DNA of 64,000 bases from Pseudomonadota bacterium. GTDB lineage: Bacteria > Pseudomonadota > Gammaproteobacteria > Poriferisulfidales > JAYYZZ01. The first letter of the stretch is position 1. The number at the start of each line of letters is the position of its first letter. The DNA is taken from positions 132,129-196,128 of the forward strand of contig JAYYZZ010000003.1 in assembly GCA_036687665.1 (NCBI GenBank), in the 5' to 3' direction. Below are positions 20,121 to 33,078 of the stretch, one piece after another. Both the position numbers and the translations under genes were made by a program. The notes below the pieces were generated by a model, which was given only the letters and a program-made list of their open reading frames with translations, was not told where the DNA came from and made no database searches.

Positions 20121-20606
20121 TTACCAGCGGAATTTGTCCCAGTTTTCAGGGTTTGCCCAATCTTTGCTATTCAGCCAGTCAGGTGTCTTTTTGTAATCTT
20201 CCATGTTGAAATGGTAAAGATCCCAATTTTCTTTTTGTTTTCTATATTCTTTCTCTACCCTGAAACCTAATGCCACTAGTTCTGCTGAGTTCCATGTTGA
20301 GCATTTTTGGTAGTCCAGAAATAAATAAACAGATGTCGCTAAAATATCACGTGTTTTTGAAATTAAGTGCTGAGTTTTTTTCTTTGGTAAAGATTCAATG
20401 ATATTGTACAAAATAATTATGTTAAAACGTTTAGTATTTTCAGATGACTTGAGTAGCGATTCTATTTGAGCTATCTCTACATTTTTTCTTAGCGTTTTAC
20501 TAAGAATTTCAAAATCATTTGCATCTTTAGCCGCAATTACGACATTTGAATTAGAATTAATAATTGATTCTATTTCACGTTTTACTGAAGCTTTTATAGA
20601 ATCCAT
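20121..20606 (-). CDS. Hypothetical protein with a Trp-rich C-terminus
   Basis: 161-aa ORF immediately downstream of mreD (9-nt gap). It ends TPDWLNSKDWANPENWDKFRW. I could not assign a family confidently. Confidence 0.55.
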   Translation of the reverse strand: MDSIKASVKREIESIINSNSNVVIAAKDANDFEILSKTLRKNVEIAQIESLLKSSENTKRFNIIILYNIIESLPKKKTQHLISKTRDILATSVYLFLDYQKCSTWNSAELVALGFRVEKEYRKQKENWDLYHFNMEDYKKTPDWLNSKDWANPENWDKFRW

Positions 20607-20615
20607 ATGCCAAAG

Positions 20616-21104
20616 TTATATCACGAGCTTCAGTCTTAGTGTACGCAAGAAAAGAAATAACCATGGCCAGATCAGAACGCTACTGAAAATATGCGTGAAA
20701 TAAATAATCGTGTTGACTTTTCTTCCCAGCATGCCATCAACCCAAAGCATAATTAACATATAAGGTAGCAATATAACTCCTACAAATAACATTTGTTGTG
20801 CCAGAGAGGATACTCTTAGTCGTGCATGAAATCTGATAGAGGTATACACAATGATGGAGAAGCATAGCGCATGCAACCCTAGCAAACTTCCAAGCAGTAC
20901 GTCTGCAAGCAGACCTATTGTCCATGCAGTTCCTATATTGATTTCTTCTGAATGCGCCATCGACCAATATATTAAGATTAAAGCAATCCATTCAGGGCGG
21001 TAGGGAATGAACCAATGAGGAACAGGCAGGATAGCAAGAATAGCTGCAATAAATATCGTTGCGAAAAAAATTGTTTTCACAGGGTATCTACGTTTTATTA
21101 GCAT
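20616..21104 (-). CDS. mreD: Rod shape-determining protein MreD
   Basis: 162-aa polytopic membrane protein downstream of mreC. Confidence 0.85.
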   Translation of the reverse strand: MLIKRRYPVKTIFFATIFIAAILAILPVPHWFIPYRPEWIALILIYWSMAHSEEINIGTAWTIGLLADVLLGSLLGLHALCFSIIVYTSIRFHARLRVSSLAQQMLFVGVILLPYMLIMLWVDGMLGRKVNTIIYFTHIFSSVLIWPWLFLFLRTLRLKLVI

Positions 21105-21144
21105 GTGTATTTCTGTATATTTGCTGTAAGTTTAATGCTGATCA

Positions 21145-21966
21145 TTATTTTTTCCCAATAAGTAATATTTCGCGCCCTCTATCTCCTTTGCCATGCGGCC
21201 TAGCTTTGGCAGCAGCAAATGAGTCTCCTTTTTGATATTGAATACTTGTAACTTCGGCAACAGGGTAATTTTTAGGGTAGCGCTTGTCTAGACCAGATGT
21301 AATGAGTAAATCCCCAATTCGCAAATCAGCATTAGGTGGTATGTGTTGTAGCCGCAATTCGTCTTTTTTTCCTGATCCAGTGGCGAGAATAAACATGCCT
21401 GTTCTTTCTGATTCAACTAATAGGCTATGTGCAGAATCTGTTATCAGAATAACAGTTGAGTTTAGATAGTTGATGCTTGCGACTTGGCCCAAAATACCAT
21501 GAGAATCAATTACAGGTTGTCCAACTTCAACTCCATGCTTGCTACCTTTATTGATTAAAAACTGCTGCCTGAAAGGATCTAAATTTATTGAAATAACCTC
21601 TCCTATTAAAACTTTATGTTTTTGAAAAGCTTTTGACGTCCCTAAAAGGCTCAAAATGCGTTTGTTTTCATTCTCCAAAGCTTTTAGCCTGGACAACTTG
21701 CTTTCTAAAAACAAATTTTTTTCTTTGAGAATTTTATTCAACTCGACTAATTCTTGATGTTTTATAAAATTATCTTTTAGCCAATAAACAGCTTTGCCAG
21801 GAAGCATGGATATATATTGTATTGGAAGAACTATCAGGCCTATTGCTTTCCGGAGTTGCTGACCATGTTGGTATTTATGGTCGGTAGTCATCATTCCTAA
21901 CGAAAGAATGATAAAAAAAGTTAACTTAAGTATTAATGACGATGCCTGAAGGTGTCGTGATTTCAT
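21145..21966 (-). CDS. mreC: Rod shape-determining protein MreC
   Basis: N-terminal TM segment, coiled coil (LESKLSRLKALENENKR) and a beta-rich C-terminus, downstream of mreB. Confidence 0.9.
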   Translation of the reverse strand: MKSRHLQASSLILKLTFFIILSLGMMTTDHKYQHGQQLRKAIGLIVLPIQYISMLPGKAVYWLKDNFIKHQELVELNKILKEKNLFLESKLSRLKALENENKRILSLLGTSKAFQKHKVLIGEVISINLDPFRQQFLINKGSKHGVEVGQPVIDSHGILGQVASINYLNSTVILITDSAHSLLVESERTGMFILATGSGKKDELRLQHIPPNADLRIGDLLITSGLDKRYPKNYPVAEVTSIQYQKGDSFAAAKARPHGKGDRGREILLIGKK

Positions 21967-22002
21967 CCCAGTCTTCCTTCAAATATTTTTGAGTCCGTAT
22001 AG

Positions 22003-23058
<1,056 letters not shown>

Positions 23059-23191
23059 TTAATATTTTCTTTGCCTGTACTGTAGCAGTGGTCAGCATCC
23101 AGAGCAAGCCTAGCGCTTCGTTATTACCATATTTTAAAAAAAATATGATGTTCAGAAGGGCATATCAGTATAATTTGCTATCAGAAAGCTC

Positions 23192-23479
23192 ATGAAAATA
23201 AAACCAGAACAAATAAACAAGATCGCCTATCTAGCTAGATTAAAAATAGATAAGGCTGAGGCTGCTTCATACGCAAATACTTTATCTGAAATATTTGAAT
23301 TAGTGGAACAAATGAACGCAATTGATACCGATGGCGTTGAGCCTCTTCTACATCCGATAGAAGTTATCCAGCGATTACGGGAGGATGTGGTTACTGAAAA
23401 AAATGAAAGAAAATCTTTCCAAAAAATTGCACCTGAAACAAAAGACGGCTTATATCTTGTGCCGAAGGTTATTGAGTGA
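23192..23479 (+). CDS. gatC: Asp/Glu-tRNA amidotransferase subunit C
   Basis: 95 aa with the pattern IAYLARLKIDKAE; first gene of gatCAB. Confidence 0.93.
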   Translation: MKIKPEQINKIAYLARLKIDKAEAASYANTLSEIFELVEQMNAIDTDGVEPLLHPIEVIQRLREDVVTEKNERKSFQKIAPETKDGLYLVPKVIE

Positions 23480-23511
23480 ATATCTTTTAATACAGCAAGC
23501 TTTTTAAAAAT

Positions 23512-24966
23512 ATGCATTTACAAAATTTAATTGAACAATCTAAAGCGTTATCAAAAAAAGAAATCTCTAGTGTTGAGCTTACCCAACACTATTTAAAACG
23601 TATACAGAAAAATGACAAACTTATTAATTCTTTTATAACTGTTTTAGAGGAAGAATCAATTAATCAAGCAAAAGAAGCTGATAAAAAAATTTCTAATGGG
23701 CAAAAATCACCACTCCTAGGAATTCCTTTAGCTCACAAGGATATTTTTTGCATGTCAGGTACAAGAACAACCTGTGGCTCAAAGATGCTTGAAAAATTTA
23801 TTGCACCATATGACGCAACAGTTGTATCCAATTTAGAGTCAGCCGGCATGGTAACACTCGGAAAAACTAATATGGATGAATTTGCTATGGGCTCTTCTAA
23901 TGAAACAAGTTATTACAAGGCTGTTTTAAACCCGTGGAATAAAAAAATGATTCCAGGAGGTTCATCAGGTGGGTCAGCAGCTGCAGTGGCTGCGAGATTA
24001 ATTCCTGTAGCAACTGGTACCGATACTGGAGGGTCGATACGCCAACCAGCCGCATTGTGTGGCATTACTGGCATTAAACCAACGTATGGGCGCGTTTCAC
24101 GTTATGGAATGATTGCATTTGCATCTAGCTTAGACCAAGGGGGAGTTTTAGGAGCTTCGGCAGCTGATTGTGCATTAATCCTAGAAGCTATGGCAGGTTT
24201 TGATACAAAAGACTCAACTAGCATTGATAAAGAAGTCCCAAGCTACATAAGCTCTATAGATAAATCACTCAAGGGTTTATCAATAGGTTTGCCAAAAGAA
24301 TATTTTACTGCGGATTTAGATAATGCGATCGCAGATCAAATTGAAAATGCAATAGACGTATTAAAATCATTAGGATGTAAATTCAAAGATATCAGTTTGC
24401 CTAATACACACCTTGCTGTCCCGGCGTACTATGTGATTGCCCCTGCGGAATGTTCTTCAAATCTTGCAAGATTTGATGGTGTTCGTTTTGGACATCGTTG
24501 CAAGAATCCTGACAACATAAATGATTTATATATGCGCTCTCGTGCTGAAGGTTTTGGCGCTGAGGTCAAAAGACGCATTATGATAGGAACTTATGTACTT
24601 TCTGCAGGTTACTACGATGCTTACTACCTAAAAGCACAAAAGATAAGAAGATTAGTTAGCGAGGATTATAAGCAAGCTTTTCAAGATGTTGACCTTATTT
24701 TAGGGCCAACATCACCCTCCACAGCCTTTAGTTTAAAGGAAAAAGTAGATGATCCGGTCAGCATGTATTTGTCAGATATTTATACGATCCCAGTCAATCT
24801 TGCAGGATTACCTGCAATATCTATTCCAGTTGGAAAAGCGAATAGCATGCCTGTTGGCATGCAGTTAGTGTCAGGATATTTTCAGGAAGAAAAATTACTG
24901 AATGCGGCACATCAATACCAGTTGCAAACAAACTGGCACACCTTAGTCCCCAAAGGATTTGAGTAG
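23512..24966 (+). CDS. gatA: Asp/Glu-tRNA amidotransferase subunit A
   Basis: Amidase signature [12 protein letters not shown]...[12 protein letters not shown]. Confidence 0.97.
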   Translation: MHLQNLIEQSKALSKKEISSVELTQHYLKRIQKNDKLINSFITVLEEESINQAKEADKKISNGQKSPLLGIPLAHKDIFCMSGTRTTCGSKMLEKFIAPYDATVVSNLESAGMVTLGKTNMDEFAMGSSNETSYYKAVLNPWNKKMIPGGSSGGSAAAVAARLIPVATGTDTGGSIRQPAALCGITGIKPTYGRVSRYGMIAFASSLDQGGVLGASAADCALILEAMAGFDTKDSTSIDKEVPSYISSIDKSLKGLSIGLPKEYFTADLDNAIADQIENAIDVLKSLGCKFKDISLPNTHLAVPAYYVIAPAECSSNLARFDGVRFGHRCKNPDNINDLYMRSRAEGFGAEVKRRIMIGTYVLSAGYYDAYYLKAQKIRRLVSEDYKQAFQDVDLILGPTSPSTAFSLKEKVDDPVSMYLSDIYTIPVNLAGLPAISIPVGKANSMPVGMQLVSGYFQEEKLLNAAHQYQLQTNWHTLVPKGFE

Positions 24967-24974
24967 AGGTCAGC

Positions 24975-26423
24975 ATGAATTGGGAGTCAGTAATAGGTCT
25001 TGAAATACACGCACAGCTACTTACTAAAAGTAAAATTTTCTCTGGCGCATCTTCAACATTTGGTGGTGATCCAAATATAAATGCTTGTGCGGTAGACTTA
25101 GGTTTGCCAGGTGTTTTGCCTGTACTAAATAAAGAAGTTGTCTCAATGGCGATAAAGTTTGGAATAGCTATTGATGCAAACATCGCAGAAAGATGTGTTT
25201 TTGCTCGAAAGAACTACTTTTATCCAGATTTACCAAAAGGTTATCAAATAAGCCAATATGAACTTCCAATTGTGAGTTCTGGCAAAATACACATAGAGCT
25301 GGAGAATGGTAATAAGAAAGTTATAGGCATAACACGCGCACATCTCGAGGAAGATGCCGGAAAATCTTCTCACGAATATTTTAAGGGTTCTACTGCTGTT
25401 GATTTAAATAGGGCTGGTACTCCTTTGATTGAAATTGTTTCTGACCCAGATATGCGTTCAACAGAAGAAGCAATTGCGTATATGAAAAAGATTCATGCAT
25501 TAGTAACTTACTTATCTATATGTGATGGCAACATGCAAGAAGGCTCTTTCCGTTGCGATGCTAATGTTTCTGTACGAAAAAAAGGTGATACGGTATTAGG
25601 AACACGCACAGAGTTAAAAAATATCAATTCTTTTAAGTTTGTTGAAAAAGCTATCAATTTTGAGATTGAGAGACAAATAGATGTATTGGAAAGCGGGAAG
25701 GCTGTGATACAAGAGACACGATTGTATGATCCAAAGAAAGATGAGACTCGTTCAATGCGCACGAAAGAAGAAGCACATGACTATCGCTATTTTCCGGACC
25801 CTGATTTATTGCCTGTGGAGGTAGACAAAAGTTTGTTAACAAAATTGAAAAAAGAACTCCCCGAACTTCCTGACGCCAAGAAGATGCGTTTCCAAACGGA
25901 TTATGAATTGTCAGATTATGACGCTACATTACTAACACATGAAATCAGTATGGCTGATTACTATGAAAATGCAGCAACAGAAGTGAAAGGTGACTATAAG
26001 ATTTTAGCTAATTGGATCAATGGCGAGCTAGTCGCAGCATTAAACAAAGAGAATCTTTCAATTGCCCAATCACCAATTAAGCCTTTATTTTTAGCAAGAA
26101 TGATCAACCGTATTGCTGATGGAACAATCACACAAAGAACGGCCAAACAGGTCTTTGAGAGTTTATGGGATGGCGCGACAGATGTTGATCACATTATAAA
26201 AGAAAAAGGTTTGTTGCAACTTACAGACACTTCTAAGATAGAATCTATAATAGATAAAATCTTATTAGACAATCCAAAGCAGGTTACAGAGTATCTCTCA
26301 GGTAAAGAGAAGATATTTTCCTATTTTGTAGGACAAGTCATGCAAGCTTCTCAAGGAAAGGCAGATCCCGAAAAGATCAATAGTATATTAAGAAAAAAGT
26401 TGAATGAAAAAGCTATAAACTAA
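24975..26423 (+). CDS. gatB: Asp/Glu-tRNA amidotransferase subunit B
   Basis: [29 protein letters not shown] and a C-terminal YqeY-like tail. Confidence 0.97.
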   Translation: MNWESVIGLEIHAQLLTKSKIFSGASSTFGGDPNINACAVDLGLPGVLPVLNKEVVSMAIKFGIAIDANIAERCVFARKNYFYPDLPKGYQISQYELPIVSSGKIHIELENGNKKVIGITRAHLEEDAGKSSHEYFKGSTAVDLNRAGTPLIEIVSDPDMRSTEEAIAYMKKIHALVTYLSICDGNMQEGSFRCDANVSVRKKGDTVLGTRTELKNINSFKFVEKAINFEIERQIDVLESGKAVIQETRLYDPKKDETRSMRTKEEAHDYRYFPDPDLLPVEVDKSLLTKLKKELPELPDAKKMRFQTDYELSDYDATLLTHEISMADYYENAATEVKGDYKILANWINGELVAALNKENLSIAQSPIKPLFLARMINRIADGTITQRTAKQVFESLWDGATDVDHIIKEKGLLQLTDTSKIESIIDKILLDNPKQVTEYLSGKEKIFSYFVGQVMQASQGKADPEKINSILRKKLNEKAIN

Positions 26424-27265
26424 CCATCTGACACTTTTGCAGACGTAACTCTTTCGTGTCCTGCTATATCGTTGTACGTCTTTATTTCTATAAAATTTTG
26501 CTTATACAGAAATTCTTTAATTTTAGCAGCATGATTAAAAGAGTGTTCCAAGAATAACATTCCTTTCTTTGAAAGCATTTGCTTTGCACCAGAAATTATC
26601 TTTTTAAGGTCACCCAAACCTTCATCATAGCTTACTAGGGCAGATTCAGGCTCAAACTGCAACTCATCTTTATTGTTTAGAAACTCTGTTTTGCTAAGAT
26701 AAGGTGGATTGCTAAGAATAATGTCAAAATTATTTTGAGCAAAAGGTTTATACCAGTTGCAATTTACAAAATTTATTTTCGATTTATTTATTTTTGCATT
26801 TTTTTGCGCCATTTGAATTGCTTTATATGATATGTCTGTAGCTGTTATATTTAACCACGGACATTCTTTAAAAATTGAGATCGAAATAGCTCCAGAACCG
26901 GTGCCAAGCTCTAGCAGTTTTGTGTTTGTTGTGCAGTTTTTTATTGCTAGCTCTACAAGTAATTCAGACTCTGGTCTTGGCGTTAAAACATTTTGGTTTA
27001 CATAAAACATTGATGACCAGAATTCCTTGTATCCTCTTATTTGTGAAAGTGGTTCACCGCTACTTCTTCTTTTGCAAATTGTATCGAGTTTCTTAATAGC
27101 AGTGTTTTCCAAAATTTCTTTATTATGTGTATACAAGTAACTTCTTTTGCACGAGAGCACATGACACATTAAAAGCTCAGCTTCTAGTGTCGGACATTGA
27201 CTTATTACTCTCAAATCTTTTGATGCTGCTTTTAAATAAGAGCCTAATGTTTTGCTTGTATTCAT
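26420..27265 (-). CDS. prmC: Release-factor glutamine N5-methyltransferase
   Basis: [15 protein letters not shown] motif and the NPPY motif, downstream of prfA. Confidence 0.9.
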   Translation of the reverse strand: MNTSKTLGSYLKAASKDLRVISQCPTLEAELLMCHVLSCKRSYLYTHNKEILENTAIKKLDTICKRRSSGEPLSQIRGYKEFWSSMFYVNQNVLTPRPESELLVELAIKNCTTNTKLLELGTGSGAISISIFKECPWLNITATDISYKAIQMAQKNAKINKSKINFVNCNWYKPFAQNNFDIILSNPPYLSKTEFLNNKDELQFEPESALVSYDEGLGDLKKIISGAKQMLSKKGMLFLEHSFNHAAKIKEFLYKQNFIEIKTYNDIAGHERVTSAKVSDG

Positions 27266-27273
27266 TTTTTCTT

Positions 27274-28356
27274 TTAATCGCTAAATTGTGCTAAGAGTTC
27301 AGCTTGGTGTTCATTAGTTAGAGGCTGAATAAGAACATCAAGATTGCCATTAGTTAAGTCTTCTAATTTATATAAAGTCAGGTTTATACGGTGATCAGTC
27401 ACTCTCCCTTGTGGAAAATTATACGTGCGTATTCTTTCCGAACGGTCACCACTCCCTACTAAACTCCTTCTAGTTTCAGTTTCAGCTTCACGCTGTTGTT
27501 TTCTTTTTTCATCAAGCAGCTTTGCTTGCAGCAAAGCTAACGCTTTGGCTTTATTTTTATGTTGGGACCGGTCATCCTGGCATTCGACAACTACTCCTGA
27601 GGGTATATGCGTAATACGTATGGCGGAATCTGTTTTATTTACATGCTGGCCTCCGGCGCCGGATGCTCTGAATGTATCTATACGAAGTTCGTCTGTCTTG
27701 ATCTCAACATTATTGATTTCTTCAGGTTCTGGGAGTACGGCAACGGTTGCAGCAGATGTGTGAATACGCCCCTGTGATTCTGTTTCTGGAACTCTCTGAA
27801 CTCTATGGGCGCCTGATTCAAATTTAAGCTTTGAATAAACCCGGTCCCCGGTTACTTTAGCAATTATTTCTCTATATCCCCCGTGTTCTCCTTCGCTTTG
27901 ATTCAATATCTCTACTTCCCAGTTTTTTTGCTCAGCATAACGGGCGTACATGCGAAAGAGATCCCCAGCAAATATTGCTGCTTCATTTCCCCCAGTTCCT
28001 GCGCGTATTTCAAGAAAGACGTTATTTCTATCGTTTGGATCTTCTGAAATTAGTAATTTTTGCAGGTCTTGTTCAACTCCCCCAAGATCTTTCTTAAGGT
28101 TCTTTGCATCGTCTTCAGCTAACGATCTCACTTCAAGATCTGCGTCTGAAGACATTTCTATCGAAGCATCTAGTTCATTTTGGATAGCACTAAGTTTTTT
28201 ATATAAACTGACTATTGGGTCAATTTGGGAATATTCAACAGATAAATCACGAAATTTATTTTGATCCTTAATTATGTCAGGTTGTGACATTAATTCAGAG
28301 ATCTCTGTATGTCTTTTTGCAACCGTTTTTAATTTCTTCAGGATTGATGATTTCAT
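27274..28356 (-). CDS. prfA: Peptide chain release factor 1
   Basis: [14 protein letters not shown] (GGQ) motif and a PET-type tripeptide region; 360 aa. Confidence 0.97.
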   Translation of the reverse strand: MKSSILKKLKTVAKRHTEISELMSQPDIIKDQNKFRDLSVEYSQIDPIVSLYKKLSAIQNELDASIEMSSDADLEVRSLAEDDAKNLKKDLGGVEQDLQKLLISEDPNDRNNVFLEIRAGTGGNEAAIFAGDLFRMYARYAEQKNWEVEILNQSEGEHGGYREIIAKVTGDRVYSKLKFESGAHRVQRVPETESQGRIHTSAATVAVLPEPEEINNVEIKTDELRIDTFRASGAGGQHVNKTDSAIRITHIPSGVVVECQDDRSQHKNKAKALALLQAKLLDEKRKQQREAETETRRSLVGSGDRSERIRTYNFPQGRVTDHRINLTLYKLEDLTNGNLDVLIQPLTNEHQAELLAQFSD

Positions 28357-29636
28357 TCCTCACTATCCCTAATACCTAATATTTTACATGCAGCAGAAAG
28401 CAACTCTTTTTTACCTTCTTGGCCTGCTTTATTAAGTTTTTGTGTAGGCACATGTGTGAGTTTGTTTGTGAGTGTGTAAGATAAAAATTCTAATACCTCA
28501 TTAATAGGTTTTCCTTGACGCACTAAATCATTTGCTTTTTTCAAAGTTTCATCTCTAACAGTCTCAGATTTTCTCCTATAGTTTTTTATTATATTAAAAG
28601 CATTGCGTGCTCTTTCTTTACGTATATGCTGTTCTACTCTAAAATCTATAATAGATTTTGCTTCATCTATAGCGTTCTTTCTTGAGCTTAAGTTGTCTTT
28701 AATAATGTTCTCGAGATCATCAATGGTGTACAGGTAGACGTCATCTAAGTTAGTCACCTGAGGCTCTATGTCTCTTGGGACAGCTAGGTCTACCATATAC
28801 ATTGGTTTATGCTTCCGTTTTTTAATAGCATTTTCAACAGCTCCTTTACCAATAACGGGGATAGGGCTGCTCGTAGAAGTGACAACAATATCTATGTTTG
28901 GTAAAACATTGTGCACTTTATCAAGCGTTGTAACACTGGCTGCAAAAGAGTTTGCAAGTTGTTTTGCAGACTCCAGAGAACGATTACTTATAATTATGTT
29001 GCTGACTCCTTGTTTTTCAAAATGTTTTGCTACCAAGGCGATGGTTTCGCCAGCCCCAACTAGTAAAACATTTTTATTTTTTAGAGTATCAAAGAATTGT
29101 TGTGCTAAATTTACTGCTGCATAAGCAACAGAAACGGGGTTACTTCCGATATCTGTATTTGTTCGTACTTGTTTTGCTGTTAAAAAAGCATGCTGAAATA
29201 ATTTTTCGAGTTCTCTTCCTAAAGTCCCGGCATTATTAGCAGCACGATATGCATCTTTTAATTGCCCAAGAATCTGGTTTTCACCAACAACCATAGAATC
29301 TAACCCGGCTGCAACATTAAATGCATGCCTTACTGCAGAATCGTCATAATAAATATATGAATGCTTTTCAAATTCACCAAGATCTATGGCATGAAAATCG
29401 CTTATCCATCGTGAAATGCTGTGTGAGACATCATTCCCATTTGAATGGCAATACAACTCAGTGCGATTACATGTGGATAGAATAACAGCTTCGTCGATTT
29501 GAGGTATTTCAACAAGCTGCTTTAAAGCTTTATTTTGCTGCTCTTTGCTGAAAGCCACTTTTTCTCGAATATCAACTGGAGCAGTATTGTGGCTAATACC
29601 TAAAGTAACTAAACTCCATGCAACTTTTGTATCCAT
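28353..29636 (-). CDS. hemA: Glutamyl-tRNA reductase
   Basis: [10 protein letters not shown] active-site Cys and the [13 protein letters not shown] motif. ATGA overlap with prfA. Confidence 0.95.
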   Translation of the reverse strand: MDTKVAWSLVTLGISHNTAPVDIREKVAFSKEQQNKALKQLVEIPQIDEAVILSTCNRTELYCHSNGNDVSHSISRWISDFHAIDLGEFEKHSYIYYDDSAVRHAFNVAAGLDSMVVGENQILGQLKDAYRAANNAGTLGRELEKLFQHAFLTAKQVRTNTDIGSNPVSVAYAAVNLAQQFFDTLKNKNVLLVGAGETIALVAKHFEKQGVSNIIISNRSLESAKQLANSFAASVTTLDKVHNVLPNIDIVVTSTSSPIPVIGKGAVENAIKKRKHKPMYMVDLAVPRDIEPQVTNLDDVYLYTIDDLENIIKDNLSSRKNAIDEAKSIIDFRVEQHIRKERARNAFNIIKNYRRKSETVRDETLKKANDLVRQGKPINEVLEFLSYTLTNKLTHVPTQKLNKAGQEGKKELLSAACKILGIRDSEE

Positions 29637-29717
29637 ATATATTTGTTCTCTCAGGGTATATTTTCACATAAAATAGGCGTACCAGAGTGCTATCCATAAC
29701 TCATATTGTTTAAAACA

Positions 29718-31496
29718 ATGACAGTAAAGAATCTTACAATTTATAAGCTCCCCTTCATAGCTCTGCTGGCAGTTGTACTCTTACAGATGCCTGCTTGTCA
29801 ATATTATACAAGTAATACACCGCTCAATGAGAGCTTAGATGCAGAGCAAGAGATAGCAAAGGCCGAGTCTGCTGAATCCACGATATTTAGTCGAGGTGAG
29901 AATGACCTCCCAAAAGCGGATTTGCTTTACGAGCTGATGGCAGGCGAAATGGCAGGAAAGCTGGGGGACCTGGATCAGGCTGCCCAGCATTATTCAAATG
30001 CTGCAAAAATTACAGATGACCCGCAAACGGCAAAACGAGCAACACAAATTGCTTTACATTCCAAAAACACAGAACTGACAATTGGCGCTGCTAACCATTG
30101 GAAAAAACTTGCCCCCAATGACCCGCAAGTGTATTCGACATTAGGTTCCCTATACCTTGGCAAAAATAACATTATTAAAGCTACTGAAAATTTAGATAAA
30201 TATATCGGTTTTTATAAAAGTTCTCCCGATAATGGTTTCAATGCGATTGCTGTAATAATGTTTAACGAAAAAGAATCAAAAGTTCGACTAGCAGTTATGG
30301 AGAACCTTGTTATAAAGAACGAAAAGAATGCGTATGCACATTTCAACCAAGGCAATGTTGCGCTTCTGGAAGAAGAATATGAGCTAGCCGTCAAATCAGC
30401 AAATAAAGCTCTAGAACTTACACCCGGCTGGACAATGGCAAAAACTTTAAGAGCAAAAGCAAATTTTGAAGATGGCAATATGAAGTTAGCACTACAAGAC
30501 ATGAAAGAACTTGTTAAGGCTGAGCCAGAACAGAAGGAATTCCGCACGACTTATGCCCGAATGTTGATAGAGGATGGTCAGCTCAATGAATCTCGCACGC
30601 AATTTAAATTTTTGCTAGAGAAAAATCCAAAGGATATGAATCTTGTTAAGACAATCGCGCTGCTTAATTTTAATTTAGAGCAATATGATGAGGCAAAGCG
30701 TTATTTTAAAAAAATGTTAGCAGCAGGAAAAAATGATCACGAGAATAACTATTACCTTGGACGAGTTGCAGAAGCACAATCTAAGAACACAGACGCAATT
30801 TCTAAATACAAAAAAGTTTTTAGAGGCAGTCACTTTTTAGATGCGCAAATCAGAATCGCAGATTTATACTATAAAGCTGATTCTTTAGAAAAAGCTGTTG
30901 ATCATTTGGAAAAGACCAGAACTTCAAGAATCAAGGAGGATATCCGTATCAATCTATTTTTAGCTCAAGGCGAATTATTTTTTAAGTCAAAGAATTATCA
31001 AAGAGGTATGAATTTGTATGATCGCGCATTGATGCAATATCAAGATAACAGTGATCTTTTATATTCTCGAGCATTGATGGCAGAAAAAATAGGACGTATA
31101 GATTTGCTGGAACGCGATTTAAATATGATATTAGATAAAGATCCTAATCATGCCTCTGCGCTCAATGCTCTTGGTTATACATGGGTTGATCATGATATCA
31201 ACCTTAGGAAGGGACTGGAGTATATTGAAAGAGCGCTTGAGCTTAGACCCGAAGACCCTGCGATAATAGACAGCATGGGGTGGGCGCATTATAAGTTAGG
31301 TAATTATCAACAAGCAGAGATTTATTTGAGAAAAGCAATGTCTATATTTCCAGATGGAGAGATTGCTGCTCACCTGATTGAATTAATGCTTTCTGCTGGC
31401 AAAAATCAAGAAGCTTACAAAGTATATAATCAAGCAATAGAATTATCCCCGGATGACGAGAATTTACAAAAAATGAAGGAGCGATTAACTTTGTGA
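29718..31496 (+). CDS. TPR-repeat protein (conserved upstream partner of lolB)
   Basis: Many TPR-like repeats and an N-terminal TM/signal segment. It occupies the same position as the TPR gene upstream of lolB in Pseudomonas. ATG 29718 is preferred over TTG 29706. Confidence 0.8.
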   Translation: MTVKNLTIYKLPFIALLAVVLLQMPACQYYTSNTPLNESLDAEQEIAKAESAESTIFSRGENDLPKADLLYELMAGEMAGKLGDLDQAAQHYSNAAKITDDPQTAKRATQIALHSKNTELTIGAANHWKKLAPNDPQVYSTLGSLYLGKNNIIKATENLDKYIGFYKSSPDNGFNAIAVIMFNEKESKVRLAVMENLVIKNEKNAYAHFNQGNVALLEEEYELAVKSANKALELTPGWTMAKTLRAKANFEDGNMKLALQDMKELVKAEPEQKEFRTTYARMLIEDGQLNESRTQFKFLLEKNPKDMNLVKTIALLNFNLEQYDEAKRYFKKMLAAGKNDHENNYYLGRVAEAQSKNTDAISKYKKVFRGSHFLDAQIRIADLYYKADSLEKAVDHLEKTRTSRIKEDIRINLFLAQGELFFKSKNYQRGMNLYDRALMQYQDNSDLLYSRALMAEKIGRIDLLERDLNMILDKDPNHASALNALGYTWVDHDINLRKGLEYIERALELRPEDPAIIDSMGWAHYKLGNYQQAEIYLRKAMSIFPDGEIAAHLIELMLSAGKNQEAYKVYNQAIELSPDDENLQKMKERLTL

Positions 31497-32098
31497 GGAA
31501 GTTATTGCTTTTAACAGCAGCTTTAACACTTCATGCATGTAGTATCCTGGATTTACAGGATCCATTTGACAAAGAATTAAATAGCACTTCCTTGCACCTG
31601 CAAGCAAGAGATGCACATCTACTTGATCTTCAAAACTGGAGTATCGAAGGCAGGGCCGGTTTTAGGTTTAAAAATCAAGCCTGGCATGCAAGTATGCATT
31701 GGGAGCAGCAATCTAGTAACTTTAAACTTGCTTTATATGATCTATTTGGCAGGAAAATAGCAGAAGTTTTTGGTGACCCTCATCAAGCGATATTGCGCAC
31801 AAAAGAAGGAGAGGAGTATTCAGCGCCAGATTCGCAAGTGTTGTTACGCAAGTATTTAGGGTTTTCCTTTCCTGTACATGGTATGCGGTATTGGCTTATG
31901 GGAATTAGCAACCCTGATAGCAAAGTTTCAAAGTTAAGTTTCAATAAATCAGGATTACCAGATACTTTAGTGCAAGATGGGTGGAAGATTAGCTATATGA
32001 GTTACGATGTTTACCAAAGAATTAAATTACCTAACCGTATACAATTTAATAAAGAAAACTTAGAATTGAAGATCGCTGTCAAAAACTGGAATTTGTAA
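31493..32098 (+). CDS. lolB: Outer-membrane lipoprotein LolB
   Basis: Lipobox LTLHAC; 201 aa. It lies between the TPR gene and ispE. GTG start overlaps the TPR stop by 4 nt. Confidence 0.8.
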   Translation: MRKLLLLTAALTLHACSILDLQDPFDKELNSTSLHLQARDAHLLDLQNWSIEGRAGFRFKNQAWHASMHWEQQSSNFKLALYDLFGRKIAEVFGDPHQAILRTKEGEEYSAPDSQVLLRKYLGFSFPVHGMRYWLMGISNPDSKVSKLSFNKSGLPDTLVQDGWKISYMSYDVYQRIKLPNRIQFNKENLELKIAVKNWNL

Positions 32099-32102
32099 AT
32101 AC

Positions 32103-32951
32103 ATGAGCACATCATTTTTTAATAATGGTTTGCCAGCCCCTGCTAAACTTAATCTGTGCTTGAATATATTGAACCGTAAACCTGACGGTTATCATGAATT
32201 ACAAACTGTGTATCGTTTGATCGATCTGCAAGATAAAGTTTTTATGCAACCTCGCGAGGACACATTAATTCTTTATGCAGATAATTTAGGAACCTCAAAT
32301 ATCGAAGATAACACGTGTATTAGAGCTGCAGAGGTTTTGCAACAAAGTACGGGTTGTGATTTGGGTGTTGAATTATATTTAGAAAAGCATATACCTATTG
32401 GTGGTGGTCTAGGTGGAGGAAGCTCGGATGCTGCTACAGTTATTTATGGACTTAATTTGCTTTGGGAGTGCGGGCTTAACAAGGAACAATTGTCAGATTT
32501 GTGTCTCAAAGTTGGCGCTGATGTACCTTTTTTTATCTTTGGATATTCTGCTTGGGCTGAAGGTATTGGAGAGAGGTTTAGTAAAATAGAAGTGCCAGAT
32601 GCATGGTATTTGGTAATAAAGCCACCATTTGAAATTTCAACAGAGGAAATTTTTAATGCTCCAGAATTGACACGGAATAACGCCCCTATCACAATAGGGG
32701 ATGTTGATGCCCACTTTATTGGTGTAAATGTGTTCGAACCGGTTGTCAGGAAGCGTTATCCAAAGTTAAATGAAACAATGGATTGGTTGAGCGAGCATGC
32801 TGTTCCGCATCTTACAGGAACAGGTAGCTGCTTTTTTGCTGCCTTCAATGACAGAGTAGAAGCAGAAGAGGTGTTGGAGCGGTTGCCTGCAGATTGCAAG
32901 GGCTACATTGTTAAAGGTTTGCATCAATCTCCATTATTGGAGAATGAATAA
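32103..32951 (+). CDS. ispE: 4-diphosphocytidyl-2-C-methyl-D-erythritol kinase
   Basis: PAKLNL and IPIGGGLGGGSSDAA GHMP-kinase motifs. Confidence 0.93.
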   Translation: MSTSFFNNGLPAPAKLNLCLNILNRKPDGYHELQTVYRLIDLQDKVFMQPREDTLILYADNLGTSNIEDNTCIRAAEVLQQSTGCDLGVELYLEKHIPIGGGLGGGSSDAATVIYGLNLLWECGLNKEQLSDLCLKVGADVPFFIFGYSAWAEGIGERFSKIEVPDAWYLVIKPPFEISTEEIFNAPELTRNNAPITIGDVDAHFIGVNVFEPVVRKRYPKLNETMDWLSEHAVPHLTGTGSCFFAAFNDRVEAEEVLERLPADCKGYIVKGLHQSPLLENE

Positions 32952-32972
32952 TGTATATTCCTACATATCAAA

Positions 32973-33047
32973 TGGGCCGTCGCCAAGTGGTAAGGCACGG
33001 GGTTTTGATCCCCGCATTCGCAGGTTCGAATCCTGCCGGCCCAGCCA
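32973..33047 (+). tRNA. tRNA-Gln (anticodon TTG)
   Basis: Cloverleaf folded by hand. Acceptor stem TGGGCCG/CGGCCCA, anticodon arm CGGGG-TTTTGAT-CCCCG, T arm GCAGG-TTCGAAT-CCTGC, encoded CCA. It lies between ispE and prs, as in Pseudomonas. Confidence 0.93.
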
Positions 33048-33078
33048 AATTTAATTTATTTTATTTAAAGGTAAATAT

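Noticed and set aside
23075-23088. CTGTACTGTAGCAG in the mreB-gatC spacer as a possible gamma-type SOS box
   Set aside because: It is CTG-N8-CAG, whereas the LexA box is CTG-N10-CAG (CTGT-N8-ACAG). The spacing is wrong, and neither neighbouring gene is an SOS gene.
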